Assembly (NCBI GenBank): GCA_038248345.1 | Contig: JBBRXO010000012.1 | Coordinates: 1 to 40,067 of the forward strand | DNA from: Armatimonadota bacterium | GTDB taxonomy: Bacteria > Armatimonadota > Hebobacteria > CAIYQO01 | Reading direction: 5' to 3' | Length of the DNA: 40,067 bases | Part shown: in pieces, positions 1 to 7,798 of the stretch | How positions within the stretch are numbered: position 1 is the stretch's first letter | How the letters are laid out: each line of letters begins with the position of its first letter | The notes under the pieces: model-generated | Told to the model about the DNA's origin: nothing | The model's input: only the letters and a program-made list of their open reading frames with translations | The model's database searches: none | Translations under genes and position numbers: made by a program

Positions 1-14
1 ACCAACGTCCGCAT
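1..14 (-). CDS. 5' end of a gene running off the window (M-R-T-L...)
   Basis: Minus-strand ATG at 14-12, GAGGT SD at 25-21, and a sigma70-like promoter upstream. Confidence 0.55.
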
Positions 15-31
15 GATATTACCTCGTGATG

Positions 32-60
32 ATTATACGATATTTGTGATGAGGTTCCAA
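32..60 (-). promoter_or_regulatory. sigma70-type promoter
   Basis: TTGGAA (60-55), 17 bp spacer, TATAAT (37-32) on the minus strand. Confidence 0.6.
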
Positions 61-67
61 CGAGGCT

Positions 68-245
68 ATTGTCTTAGAACCTTGATTCGCCTGATTAGAG
101 GATTAGCATAAGGATATTGCCTCTGCTGTTGGATAGCGCATAATTGAATGTAGGTAAAAACATTACTGCAGAGGCTATCCAAGAGTGTAGACAAATAGCG
201 CAGCAATAAATCCTTTAATCAGGCGAATCAAGGTTCTAAGACAAT
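68..245. repeat. MITE/REPIN-like long hairpin element (family F), copy 1
   Basis: 37-bp terminal inverted repeat at 68-104 / 209-245 with 1 mismatch, plus an inner TTGGATAGC/GCTATCCAA stem. A reverse-oriented relative lies at 5909-6076. Confidence 0.85.
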
Positions 246-283
246 GAAGGCGTTCCCAGGGAGTTATATACCCCCCATTTTTA

Positions 284-308
284 ACGCGTCACGGCGGGCG
301 CGGGCAAC
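284..308. repeat. Degenerate REP family A singlet
   Basis: acgcgtcacggcgggcgcgggcaac resembles acgcgccacggcgggcgcgggctac at 5838-5862. Confidence 0.7.
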
Positions 309-351
309 GGATATTGCAGGTATTCCCACCCCACACGGCGAATATACTCCT

Positions 352-2157
352 ATGCCTGCCGAAAGAAAACAGCGTTATGATGTGGATCTGGTACGTGAGC
401 GCACGGATTTAGTTGCGGTCATCAGCCAGCATGTGGCGCTGAAGAAGCGCGGCGGGCGCTATACCGGCCTTTGCCCCTTCCATCAGGAGAAATCCCCCTC
501 CTTCAACGTCGATCCCGATAAAGGCTTCTGGCACTGCTTCGGCTGTGGCAAGGGCGGCGACGCTTTCAAATTCATCATGGACCTGGAGCGGCTCACCTTC
601 CCGGAGGCAGTGGAGAAGCTGGCGGAGCGCGCGGGTATCCGCCCCAGCATCGACTTTGAGCCGCCGCAACGCAAGGAAGAGCGCGACCTGCTCTTTGAGG
701 CCAATTCCGCCGCCGCCGCCGCTTTCCAATTGGCGCTAAAGAGCGATGCCGGAGCGGAGGCGCGCGCCTATCTGGAGGGACGCGGCATGTCGGCGGAGGA
801 TGCCGACCGCTTCGGGCTGGGCTATGCGCCCGGCGGCTGGGATATGCTGGTGCGGCACCTCAGCGGGCGTAACTTCAGCACTGCTGTATTGGTGAAGTCC
901 GGGCTGGCGCTGGAACGCACGCGCGGCGACGGCTATAATGACCGCTTCCGCAATCGCCTGATGATCCCCATCTGCGACCGCCAGGGGCGCGTGATCGCCT
1001 TCGGCGGGCGCGCGCTCTCCAAAGAGGATAATCCGAAGTACCTGAACACATCCGAGACGCCCATCTTCTACAAGTCGCGCACGCTCTACGGCCTGCATCT
1101 GGCCATCAAGTCGATGTCCGACAAAGGCCGCGCCATCGTCACCGAGGGTTACTTCGACACCATCGCCTGCCACCTGGCCGGCTTCACCGAGGCAGTGGCC
1201 ACGCTGGGCACTGCGCTGGGCGAGGAGCATGTGCAGATGTTGCGCCGCTATGTGGGCGACAAGGGGCGCATCTACCTGGTCTATGACGGTGACAGCGCCG
1301 GCGTGAATGCAGCGCTACGCGGGCAGAAACTCTTCCGCGACGCCGGTGTCGACGTGCGCATCGCTTTGCTTCCGCCCCAGCATGATCCAGATACGCTGCT
1401 GCGCGAGGGTGGGCCTGACGCGCTGGAGCAATATTTAACAGACGCGCTGGCCCCCACCGCTTTTGAACTGGAACGCCTGCTGAAGACACAGCCCGCCACC
1501 GACATCGAGGGGCGCGCGCGCCTCTTCCATGCCGCCGCCGCTGTGCTGCAGCCGTTGCCCACGCTGGAACGCATGGAATACGCCGCCTGGCTGGCCGACA
1601 AAGCCATCCAAACCGGGGCTATGGGCAATGCCAGCCAGTTACAGCAGGAGCTGCTCAATGAGGTGAAAGTACTCGATCATAATCCACGCCCAGCGCTCCC
1701 GGTGCCACAGCCAGTTGAATTGCCCGTCTCCGCCCCGCTCACCCCGCAACGCGAGGTGCCGCTGGAGCGCGAAGTGATGACGCTAATGGTGCAGCAACCG
1801 CATTTCGCCGCGAACGTCGTCAACCTCTTCATCGCCGAGGTTTTTACTCACCCATACTATCGTGCAGTCTTTACAGAATTTGCGAAATTAGTAGCAGCGG
1901 GCAAGCCGGTGGACGCCGCCCACATCCGCAGCGAGGACGAAGCTGTCACCACCACGGTATCCTCCCTGGCCGTGCGCGAGGCCATCCCGCTGGACAACCT
2001 CTCGCCCCAGAGTATGCTCGACCGCCTGCGTGAGGGCCATGAAAACCGCACCCACGGCCAGCCCGACCTCTCCGACCCCGAAGCCCTGCGCGCCTTCACC
2101 GCCCGCCTGCGCGAGAAATCTATACGCGTGGCGAAGCGGATTATTGGTGAAGAGTGA
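352..2157 (+). CDS. dnaG: DNA primase
   Basis: CHC2 zinc finger (CPFHQEKSPSF...HCFGC), FRNRLMIPI, PKYLNT, TOPRIM EGYFD and YDGDSAG. Start set at MPAERK (352) because the longer ORF start lies in repeat DNA. Confidence 0.97.
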   Translation: MPAERKQRYDVDLVRERTDLVAVISQHVALKKRGGRYTGLCPFHQEKSPSFNVDPDKGFWHCFGCGKGGDAFKFIMDLERLTFPEAVEKLAERAGIRPSIDFEPPQRKEERDLLFEANSAAAAAFQLALKSDAGAEARAYLEGRGMSAEDADRFGLGYAPGGWDMLVRHLSGRNFSTAVLVKSGLALERTRGDGYNDRFRNRLMIPICDRQGRVIAFGGRALSKEDNPKYLNTSETPIFYKSRTLYGLHLAIKSMSDKGRAIVTEGYFDTIACHLAGFTEAVATLGTALGEEHVQMLRRYVGDKGRIYLVYDGDSAGVNAALRGQKLFRDAGVDVRIALLPPQHDPDTLLREGGPDALEQYLTDALAPTAFELERLLKTQPATDIEGRARLFHAAAAVLQPLPTLERMEYAAWLADKAIQTGAMGNASQLQQELLNEVKVLDHNPRPALPVPQPVELPVSAPLTPQREVPLEREVMTLMVQQPHFAANVVNLFIAEVFTHPYYRAVFTEFAKLVAAGKPVDAAHIRSEDEAVTTTVSSLAVREAIPLDNLSPQSMLDRLREGHENRTHGQPDLSDPEALRAFTARLREKSIRVAKRIIGEE

Positions 2158-2225
2158 TACATACCAATGCAGGAGTTCCCCTGCACATTGGCGAATAAAT
2201 ATTGCACAGGTCTCGGAGGAATACT

Positions 2226-2963
2226 ATGCCGATTATTGATTGTTATGGACAGCTAGGCCCGCAACCCTACCCGACGAATGCGACGGATATTGACTCGATG
2301 GAGAAGCTGATGACGCGCTTCGGTGTAGAGATGACCTTTGTCGCATCTACCGAGGCACTGCGCGGATCGATGACGGAGGGCAACGCCTGGCTGGCCGAGC
2401 AGATCGACGGACGCAAACGCTTCCGCGGATATTGTGTGGTGAACCCGCTAATGCCGGAAGCCAGCTCGGTTGAGATGCGCAAATATCTGGTGAAAGATAA
2501 TTTCGTCGGCGCGCTAATCCATGAAGGATACGTACGCCGTCCGCTGAACGCACTGCCGATGCGCAACCTGGTACGCTCGTTGCTGCGCTTCGGGCAGCCC
2601 CTGCTGCTGCGCATCACTGACCCACGCGAGATCAACGACCTGCGCGACCTGGCCAAAGAATATCCCACGCAACGCTTCATCATGCTCCATATGGGCGGCA
2701 TGCATTGGCCGATGGCGCTCTCGCTAGCCTCGGAGATCGTTAACATCTACCTGGAGACCGGCGGCATGGTGGCGGATTATGATAAACTCGCCGAAGCGCT
2801 GGATGCTCTGGGCGGCCACCGCCTGCTCTTTGGCAGCGGGATGCCGCTGGTCAACCCCGTCTACGCCATGGGCATGGTACGCGACAGCTCCATCCCCGCC
2901 ATAGAAAAAGACCGCATCCTGGGAAAGAATGCGGTCAAGGCGTTCAATCTGAACCTGCGCTGA
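2226..2963 (+). CDS. Amidohydrolase_2-family TIM-barrel protein with degenerate metal site
   Basis: GGAGG SD; IIDCYGQLG, VVNP, MLHMGG, NIYLETG, RLLFGSGMP and ILGKNA match the family scaffold, but HxH is YxQ and the GSD Asp is Gly. Confidence 0.85.
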   Translation: MPIIDCYGQLGPQPYPTNATDIDSMEKLMTRFGVEMTFVASTEALRGSMTEGNAWLAEQIDGRKRFRGYCVVNPLMPEASSVEMRKYLVKDNFVGALIHEGYVRRPLNALPMRNLVRSLLRFGQPLLLRITDPREINDLRDLAKEYPTQRFIMLHMGGMHWPMALSLASEIVNIYLETGGMVADYDKLAEALDALGGHRLLFGSGMPLVNPVYAMGMVRDSSIPAIEKDRILGKNAVKAFNLNLR

Positions 2964-3152
2964 TTATTTGGCTATTGGCATCGGCACGCAGACACTTTCC
3001 GCTGAGTTGGCCTCCGCCCCGCAGGTAAAACAAACCACCGTGGGGTTGTCGGTGAGGGCGCAGGTATCGATACCCTTGCTCTTAAGCACGCACATATGCC
3101 CCTCATGTTTCTCGGCGCTAGTACATTTGCCCTTACAGCAATTTTCGCACAT
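2964..3152 (-). CDS. 62-aa Cys/His-rich small protein, putative metal-binding
   Basis: AAGGAG SD before ATG at 3152; 9 Cys and 2 His (HxxHMC...NP...CxxCG...VCxP). Confidence 0.75.
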   Translation of the reverse strand: MCENCCKGKCTSAEKHEGHMCVLKSKGIDTCALTDNPTVVCFTCGAEANSAESVCVPMPIAK

Positions 3153-3195
3153 GTTTTCATCTCCTTTGTTGTTTTTCTCTATTCGAGTTAAAGTT

Positions 3196-3323
3196 TTATC
3201 GCTGGGATTGAAATCCCGGCTGCAGGGCGCTTCCACCTTCGCCATCCTGGCTACGGCGGACAGAGACGCGCCGGTCGTCCGCCTTCGCGGACTTTCCTGA
3301 ACCGAATGATAACGTGCTTTCCG
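3196..3323 (+). repeat. Palindromic repeat family B, copy 1, with nested 37-nt insert
   Basis: 3196-3230 is identical to 4414-4448 and 3268-3295 is identical to 4452-4479; 3231-3267 is extra sequence. Confidence 0.9.
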
Positions 3324-3350
3324 AAGGCTGTTATCCAAGGTACATACCGA

Positions 3351-3376
3351 ACCTAAAGACCTAAATACCTAAAGAC
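3351..3376. repeat. Short tandem octamer repeat (ACCTAAAG/T x3)
   Basis: acctaaag acctaaat acctaaag ac, immediately past the darA stop codon. Confidence 0.8.
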
Positions 3377-3706
3377 TTATATTTTCTCGAACCGCTCAAC
3401 ATCAATGACAAACAACGTGGCCCCGCCTACTACCACTTTCACCGGGCTGGGGATCACCGTGCCTACCGGTTCCATGGTGGGGGGCATCACGTTTACGTAC
3501 TGCTCGCGAGATTGGCAACTTTCGCGGATGACGTCAAATATCTGATCGATCTGCTCTTCATCCACGCCAATCATCAGGGTGACGTTGCCTTCGCGCAGGA
3601 AACCGCCGGTACTGGCGACGTTAGTGAACTGAAAGCCGGTTTCTAGCAGCGCGTCCTGCACGTGTCGCTGGTCTTTTTCGTGAATCACCGCGATGATTAG
3701 TTTCAT
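3377..3706 (-). CDS. darA: Cyclic-di-AMP receptor, PII-like (DarA/PstA/YaaQ)
   Basis: MKLIIAVI...STGGFLREGNVTLMIG...VGGATLFV signature; directly downstream of tmk as in Bacillota. Confidence 0.93.
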   Translation of the reverse strand: MKLIIAVIHEKDQRHVQDALLETGFQFTNVASTGGFLREGNVTLMIGVDEEQIDQIFDVIRESCQSREQYVNVMPPTMEPVGTVIPSPVKVVVGGATLFVIDVERFEKI

Positions 3707-4341
3707 TATTGCACTCCTTCACCATTTGACCGCGAGAGTATCTCCCGGCGGATGGTCGCTTGCACTTCTGTTACTGTCCCGCTGCCCGAAATATGCGTCA
3801 CCGTCGGGCCGGTTGCCGCGTCATAGGCGGCCAGTACGCGGGTGAGGAACTTTGCCCCTTCACCCTCAAATCTATCCTGCCGCTCACCAATGCGTCCCAT
3901 GGTGACCTCCAACGGCACATCAAGTACGATCGTCAAATCTGGCATCACCCCGCCGGTAGCCGTAGCGTTCGCCGCCAGTATCTCATCCTCCGGCAACCCG
4001 CGCCCCGCGCCCTGGTAGGCCAACGAGGAGAGCGTGAAGCGGTCACAGATGACGACTCCGCCAGCATCCAGCGCCGGGGCAATCACCTCAGCCACATGCT
4101 GCGCCCGCGCCGCCAGCAACATCAGCAGTTCCGCACGCGGCGAACAGGTAATAGTCTGGTCGAGGATCAGCGCGCGTAGCCGTTCTGCCAGCGCCGTCCC
4201 TCCCGGCTCGCGCGTCAGCGTCACTGCATACCCCGCCCCGCGCAACCATTCCCCTAACAACTGTACCTGCGTACTCTTCCCACAGCCATCAATACCCTCC
4301 AACACAATAAAACGCGACGATATTTCGGGTAGATGACTCAT
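3706..4341 (-). CDS. tmk: Thymidylate kinase
   Basis: FIVLEGIDGCGKSTQ P-loop, TREPGGT, CDRF..SSLAYQG; stop overlaps the darA start (TAATG). Confidence 0.97.
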   Translation of the reverse strand: MSHLPEISSRFIVLEGIDGCGKSTQVQLLGEWLRGAGYAVTLTREPGGTALAERLRALILDQTITCSPRAELLMLLAARAQHVAEVIAPALDAGGVVICDRFTLSSLAYQGAGRGLPEDEILAANATATGGVMPDLTIVLDVPLEVTMGRIGERQDRFEGEGAKFLTRVLAAYDAATGPTVTHISGSGTVTEVQATIRREILSRSNGEGVQ

Positions 4342-4347
4342 AGGGAT

Positions 4348-4376
4348 ATTGTAACTATAGGGGAAGTATTCGTCAA
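4348..4376 (-). promoter_or_regulatory. sigma70 promoter positioned for leaderless tmk mRNA
   Basis: TTGACG, 17 bp, TACAAT, 6 nt, ATG; no SD. Confidence 0.75.
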
Positions 4377-4413
4377 ATTTTTTTAGTCACTAGTCACGAG
4401 TCGCTGGTCAAAG

Positions 4414-4508
4414 TTATCGCTGGGATTGAAATCCCGGCTGCAGGGCGCAATGCGCCGGTCGTCCGCCTTCGCGGACTTTTCGGAATCGAGAGATAGCGTG
4501 CTTGCCGT
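4414..4508 (+). repeat. Palindromic repeat family B, copy 2
   Basis: Direct repeat of 3196-3323 without the insert; hairpins gggattgaaatccc and gtccgccttcgcggac. Confidence 0.9.
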
Positions 4509-4597
4509 TGTTAGCCACCTCCTTCAGGGGGTGGTGCATTTGTCTCATCTTTCAAATCATCACCAACCACTACTGGACAAGCGACTAACTAACTAAC

Positions 4598-4626
4598 TTG
4601 CACTTGTAGCTTTCAGAGGTTAAACT
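4598..4626 (+). promoter_or_regulatory. sigma70 promoter of trpD
   Basis: TTGCAC, 17 bp, TAAACT. Confidence 0.6.
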
Positions 4627-4665
4627 TTGTATGTTATAGCAGTGATTGGTTATGGAGGTGTGTCG

Positions 4666-5682
4666 ATGACTATTCCCGAGGCGTTGCATCAGGTTTTGGC
4701 GGGGCGGGATTTGACGGGGGTGGAGGCGGCGGAGATGATGACGATTATCATGTCCGGCGAGGCTACCCCGGCGCAGATCGGCGCGTTGCTAACGGCCCTG
4801 CGTATGAAAGGCGAGACAGTTGAGGAGATCACTGGCTTTGCGCGGGTGATGCGCGAGAAAGCAGTGCGCATCGTCCCTGATTGCCCCACGCTGGTGGATA
4901 CCGTTGGCACCGGTGGCGACAGATTAAAGACCTTCAACATCTCCACAGCAGCCGCCTTTGTGGTTGCCGGCGCCGGGGTGGCAGTGGCGAAGCACGGCAA
5001 CCGCTCGGTCACCAGCAAATCCGGCAGCGCCGATGTGCTGGAGCAACTGGGGGTGAACCTCGATGTGTCGCCCGAGTGTGTGACGCGCTGTATTGAGGAA
5101 ATCGGCATTGGCTTTCTTTTCGCACAGCGCTTTCATCCGGCGATGAAATACGCTGCCCCGGTACGTCGCGAGATCGGCATCCGTACCGTTTTTAACATCC
5201 TGGGGCCCCTCACTAATCCGGCAGGCGCGCGTCGCCAGCTCATCGGCGTCTATGCACCGGAGTTGACGGAGACACTGGCGCATGTACTCGGTTTGCTCGG
5301 TTCGGAACGTGCCTTTGTGGTACATGGCATGGTGGGGCTGGATGAATGGAGCACCTGCGGCCCTACCCGTGTGAGCGAGTTGCGCGATGGAGTGGTGACC
5401 ACCACCACCTACCAGGCCACTGACTTCGGTCTGCCTGAGGCCATGCCCGAGGAACTCCTCGGAGGCACCCCCGCCGAGAGTGCCGCCACCATCCTTCGCC
5501 TCTATCGCGGCGAAGAGACCGGCCCCAAACGTGATATCGTACTGCTCAACGCCGCCGCCTCGTTAGTAGTTGCCGGAGTTGCAAAAGATATCACCGACGG
5601 CCTGCAGAAAGCCGCCCAATCACTGGACAGCGGAGCCGCCATGGGTAAATTAGCGGCTTTGCGAGCGATTGGGTATGCCTAG
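4666..5682 (+). CDS. trpD: Anthranilate phosphoribosyltransferase
   Basis: DTVGTGGD, TFNIST, KHGNRSVTSKSGSADVLE, RTVFNILGPLTNP; GGAGGT SD before ATG 4666. Confidence 0.97.
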   Translation: MTIPEALHQVLAGRDLTGVEAAEMMTIIMSGEATPAQIGALLTALRMKGETVEEITGFARVMREKAVRIVPDCPTLVDTVGTGGDRLKTFNISTAAAFVVAGAGVAVAKHGNRSVTSKSGSADVLEQLGVNLDVSPECVTRCIEEIGIGFLFAQRFHPAMKYAAPVRREIGIRTVFNILGPLTNPAGARRQLIGVYAPELTETLAHVLGLLGSERAFVVHGMVGLDEWSTCGPTRVSELRDGVVTTTTYQATDFGLPEAMPEELLGGTPAESAATILRLYRGEETGPKRDIVLLNAAASLVVAGVAKDITDGLQKAAQSLDSGAAMGKLAALRAIGYA

Positions 5683-5728
5683 CAATGAATGCCACAAAGT
5701 GGCGCACTAACCCTCCGCCACCTCTTTT

Positions 5729-5909
5729 GTCTGAACCAATATTTTCATAATTATAAGGATTTTCCTGATAATTGGGCCGTTGACACAGTTGCCCGTAGCC
5801 CGCGGCCGCCGTGCCGCGCTTGGTGTCATCAGCAAATACGCGCCACGGCGGGCGCGGGCTACAAATGGGCGGCAAATAACTCCTGGGCAGTAAGTTATCG
5901 GGATAATCA
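5729..5909. repeat. Degenerate family-F-like hairpin enclosing a REP doublet
   Basis: Begins GTCTGAACC like 5912; 5757-5773 pairs with 5893-5909 (13/17 matches). Confidence 0.55.
5795..5862. repeat. REP family A inverted doublet (REPIN-like)
   Basis: GTAGCCCGCG...CGCG (5795-5818) is inverted to 5839-5862 with 2 mismatches in 24; GTAG termini. Confidence 0.9.
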
Positions 5910-6076
5910 TTGTCTGAACCTTGATTCACCTGATTAGAGGATTATTACTGCACTATTTGTCATCACTGTTGGATAGCCGTTCCGTTGAACGTTGAACATT
6001 GAACAAAAATCGCTATCCAACAGCAGAGGCAATATCCTTATGCTAATCCTCTCATCAGGCGAATCAAGGTTCAGAC
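5909..6076. repeat. MITE/REPIN-like long hairpin element (family F), copy 2, inverted relative to copy 1
   Basis: Arms match the reverse complement of 68-245; the loop differs and contains GTTGAAC x3 (5984-6004). Confidence 0.88.
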
Positions 6077-6091
6077 TACGGCCCCGGCGCT

Positions 6092-6123
6092 GCAAATACG
6101 CGCCGTGGCGGGCGCGGGCTACA
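6092..6123. repeat. REP family A singlet
   Basis: gcaaatacgcgccgtggcgggcgcgggctaca, near-identical to 5832-5863. Confidence 0.88.
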
Positions 6124-6158
6124 GAGGTTTTGAGGTTTACGCACTATTTTGCCGTTCT

Positions 6159-6181
6159 CATGGGCGGGACGCCCATGCTAC
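6159..6181. repeat. REP family C singlet
   Basis: The minus strand reads GTAG-CATGGGCGTCCCGCCCATG (GTAG plus hairpin). Confidence 0.75.
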
Positions 6182-6241
6182 GGGGTAGGCGGGACAATTG
6201 TTATTTAGGGCGATGGTAAATTCCTTGCCTATCCCATAGCC

Positions 6242-6270
6242 TTGCACTCCCTCTCCATTTCCCTTACCAT
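6242..6270 (+). promoter_or_regulatory. sigma70 promoter positioned for leaderless arfB mRNA
   Basis: TTGCAC, 17 bp, TACCAT, 6 nt, ATG (6277); no SD. Confidence 0.65.
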
Positions 6271-6276
6271 TATCAC

Positions 6277-6735
6277 ATGGACGACATCAAACCAGGGGAA
6301 TATGATGAGCTTTCGGTATTGCGGATAACGCCATACCTGGCGATACCGCGCGCGGAGCTGTCATTTCGCACTTCACGCAGCAGTGGACCGGGCGGGCAGA
6401 ACGTCAATAAAGTGGAGACACGCGTGGAGTTGCTCTTTGACGTGGCTTCTTCGCCCAGCCTTAATGAGTACCTGCGCCAGTTGCTTTTCGTTGAGTTGCG
6501 GCAGTGGCTGGATAATGAAGGCGTGCTGCACATCATCTCCTCGGAGTATCGGAGCCAATTCCGCAATCGTGAGGCGGCGGTGGAACGTTTTATTACCATA
6601 GTGGCAACTGCGCTGCGCCCACGTATCACACGCCGCCCCACCCGCGTGCCGCGTGGAGCTAAGGAACGCCGCTTAGAAACGAAGAAATTGCGCGGCGAGA
6701 CGAAGAAGCGACGCAGCGGACGCGGCGAAGAATGA
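6277..6735 (+). CDS. arfB: Ribosome rescue peptidyl-tRNA hydrolase ArfB (YaeJ)
   Basis: SRSSGPGGQNVNKV (GGQ), RSQFRNR, basic C-terminal tail RRPTR...RRLETKK. Confidence 0.96.
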   Translation: MDDIKPGEYDELSVLRITPYLAIPRAELSFRTSRSSGPGGQNVNKVETRVELLFDVASSPSLNEYLRQLLFVELRQWLDNEGVLHIISSEYRSQFRNREAAVERFITIVATALRPRITRRPTRVPRGAKERRLETKKLRGETKKRRSGRGEE

Positions 6736-6742
6736 TTCGCCT

Positions 6743-7615
6743 TTATTCCGGTAACAACCGCCGCAGGTGCGCGCATACCTCACTGGCATATTCCAGGTAA
6801 GGTAATTGCTGCTCAGGGCGTGAGGATGCAAAGACCTCTGCCGTTATTGCACCAGCGTAATCAATTCTCCGCAAAGCTGCCGTAAGGGCGGGCCAGTCCA
6901 TATCGCCCACGGTTAGATCATCGCCAAACCCATGCACCCCACCGCCACAATCTGTGCGGGTAAAGTTCTTCACATGTACAGCTTTAATGCGTTGGCCGAG
7001 GATATCTACCCAATGCTCCGGGTAGCCATTGATAAGTACATTGCCCGCGTCGAAATAGACGCCCAAGTAGGGTGAAGCGAATTGATCGACGAAAGTACGC
7101 ATGGCAATGGGGTCGGCGAGGAACCAGTTCCAGACATTCTCAATGGCAATTGTGACCCCCAACTCCTCGGCCAACGGTAGACATTCCTGCAGCGAGGCCG
7201 TGGCCAGCTCCCACGCCTGCGCGTAGGGGATTATCGGCTGCATACTATCCCAGGGAACCGCCACATGACCCGGCACTACCAATATGGTTGCAACACCCAG
7301 CGCATGCGCGGTGCGCAAATAGTCGCAGGTGAAAGCGATAGAGGCGTGGCGCACCTCCGGCCGCGGATCCGAAAGTGATTGTGACCAATAGGCGCCAGTA
7401 GCCAGTGTACGTAAGGGGATACCCAGTTCCGTCGCCATCTCGCGCAACGCCGAACAAGCTTGGTGGGTAACACCTGGGATCAGCTCACCCGTGCCAAAGG
7501 CTAACTCAATACCATCAAATCCGATGCCGTACGCATGATGAATAGCCTGCGCAACAGGCAACTCACTGGCGAACCCACCCAGGGTTTGGTAACAAATCTG
7601 TTGAGGCCAATTTAT
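6743..7615 (-). CDS. Sugar phosphate isomerase/epimerase (xylose-isomerase-like TIM barrel)
   Basis: GFDGIEL, IAIENVWN, YFDAGN, HVK, TAE. The frame is open upstream of TTG 7561 to an ATA at 7615 with AAGGGAG SD 6 nt upstream; the start is uncertain. Confidence 0.85.
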   Translation of the reverse strand: MNWPQQICYQTLGGFASELPVAQAIHHAYGIGFDGIELAFGTGELIPGVTHQACSALREMATELGIPLRTLATGAYWSQSLSDPRPEVRHASIAFTCDYLRTAHALGVATILVVPGHVAVPWDSMQPIIPYAQAWELATASLQECLPLAEELGVTIAIENVWNWFLADPIAMRTFVDQFASPYLGVYFDAGNVLINGYPEHWVDILGQRIKAVHVKNFTRTDCGGGVHGFGDDLTVGDMDWPALTAALRRIDYAGAITAEVFASSRPEQQLPYLEYASEVCAHLRRLLPE

Positions 7616-7798
7616 ATTTCTCTCCCTTTACGCTATCGTAATTGTAGAGTTCGACGCTCTCGCAAGTTACCCTGCTGGTATTCCGGGAATGACTACCAAT
7701 GATGATTGCAAAATATTTTCTCATCCTGCAGGAATGAGCCGATGGAAGGCGAAAATATAAAATAGTCTGCAATGACCGCAATTTTTGGAGGATTAACT

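Noticed and set aside
244..351. N-terminal extension of DnaG in the ORF track
   Set aside because: It begins within the family-F inverted repeat and crosses a REP-A copy; primase homology starts near 352.
340..354. Leaderless promoter for dnaG
   Set aside because: TATACT is only 3 nt from the ATG and has no well-spaced -35; too weak to call.
2961..2966. Zero-gap convergent stop codons (also 9941-9946)
   Set aside because: Common in compact genomes; no evidence of antisense regulation from sequence alone.
3153..3338. Longer 124-aa version of the Cys-rich ORF and the antisense 110-aa ORF
   Set aside because: The extension translates repeat family B; the SD supports ATG 3152.
5729..6181. Possible CRISPR array
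   Set aside because: The repeats are inverted, heterogeneous and irregularly spaced; there is no repeat-spacer periodicity and no cas gene.
5591..6219. Several short ORFs between trpD and arfB
   Set aside because: They are translations of palindromic repeat DNA, with no SD or recognisable motifs.
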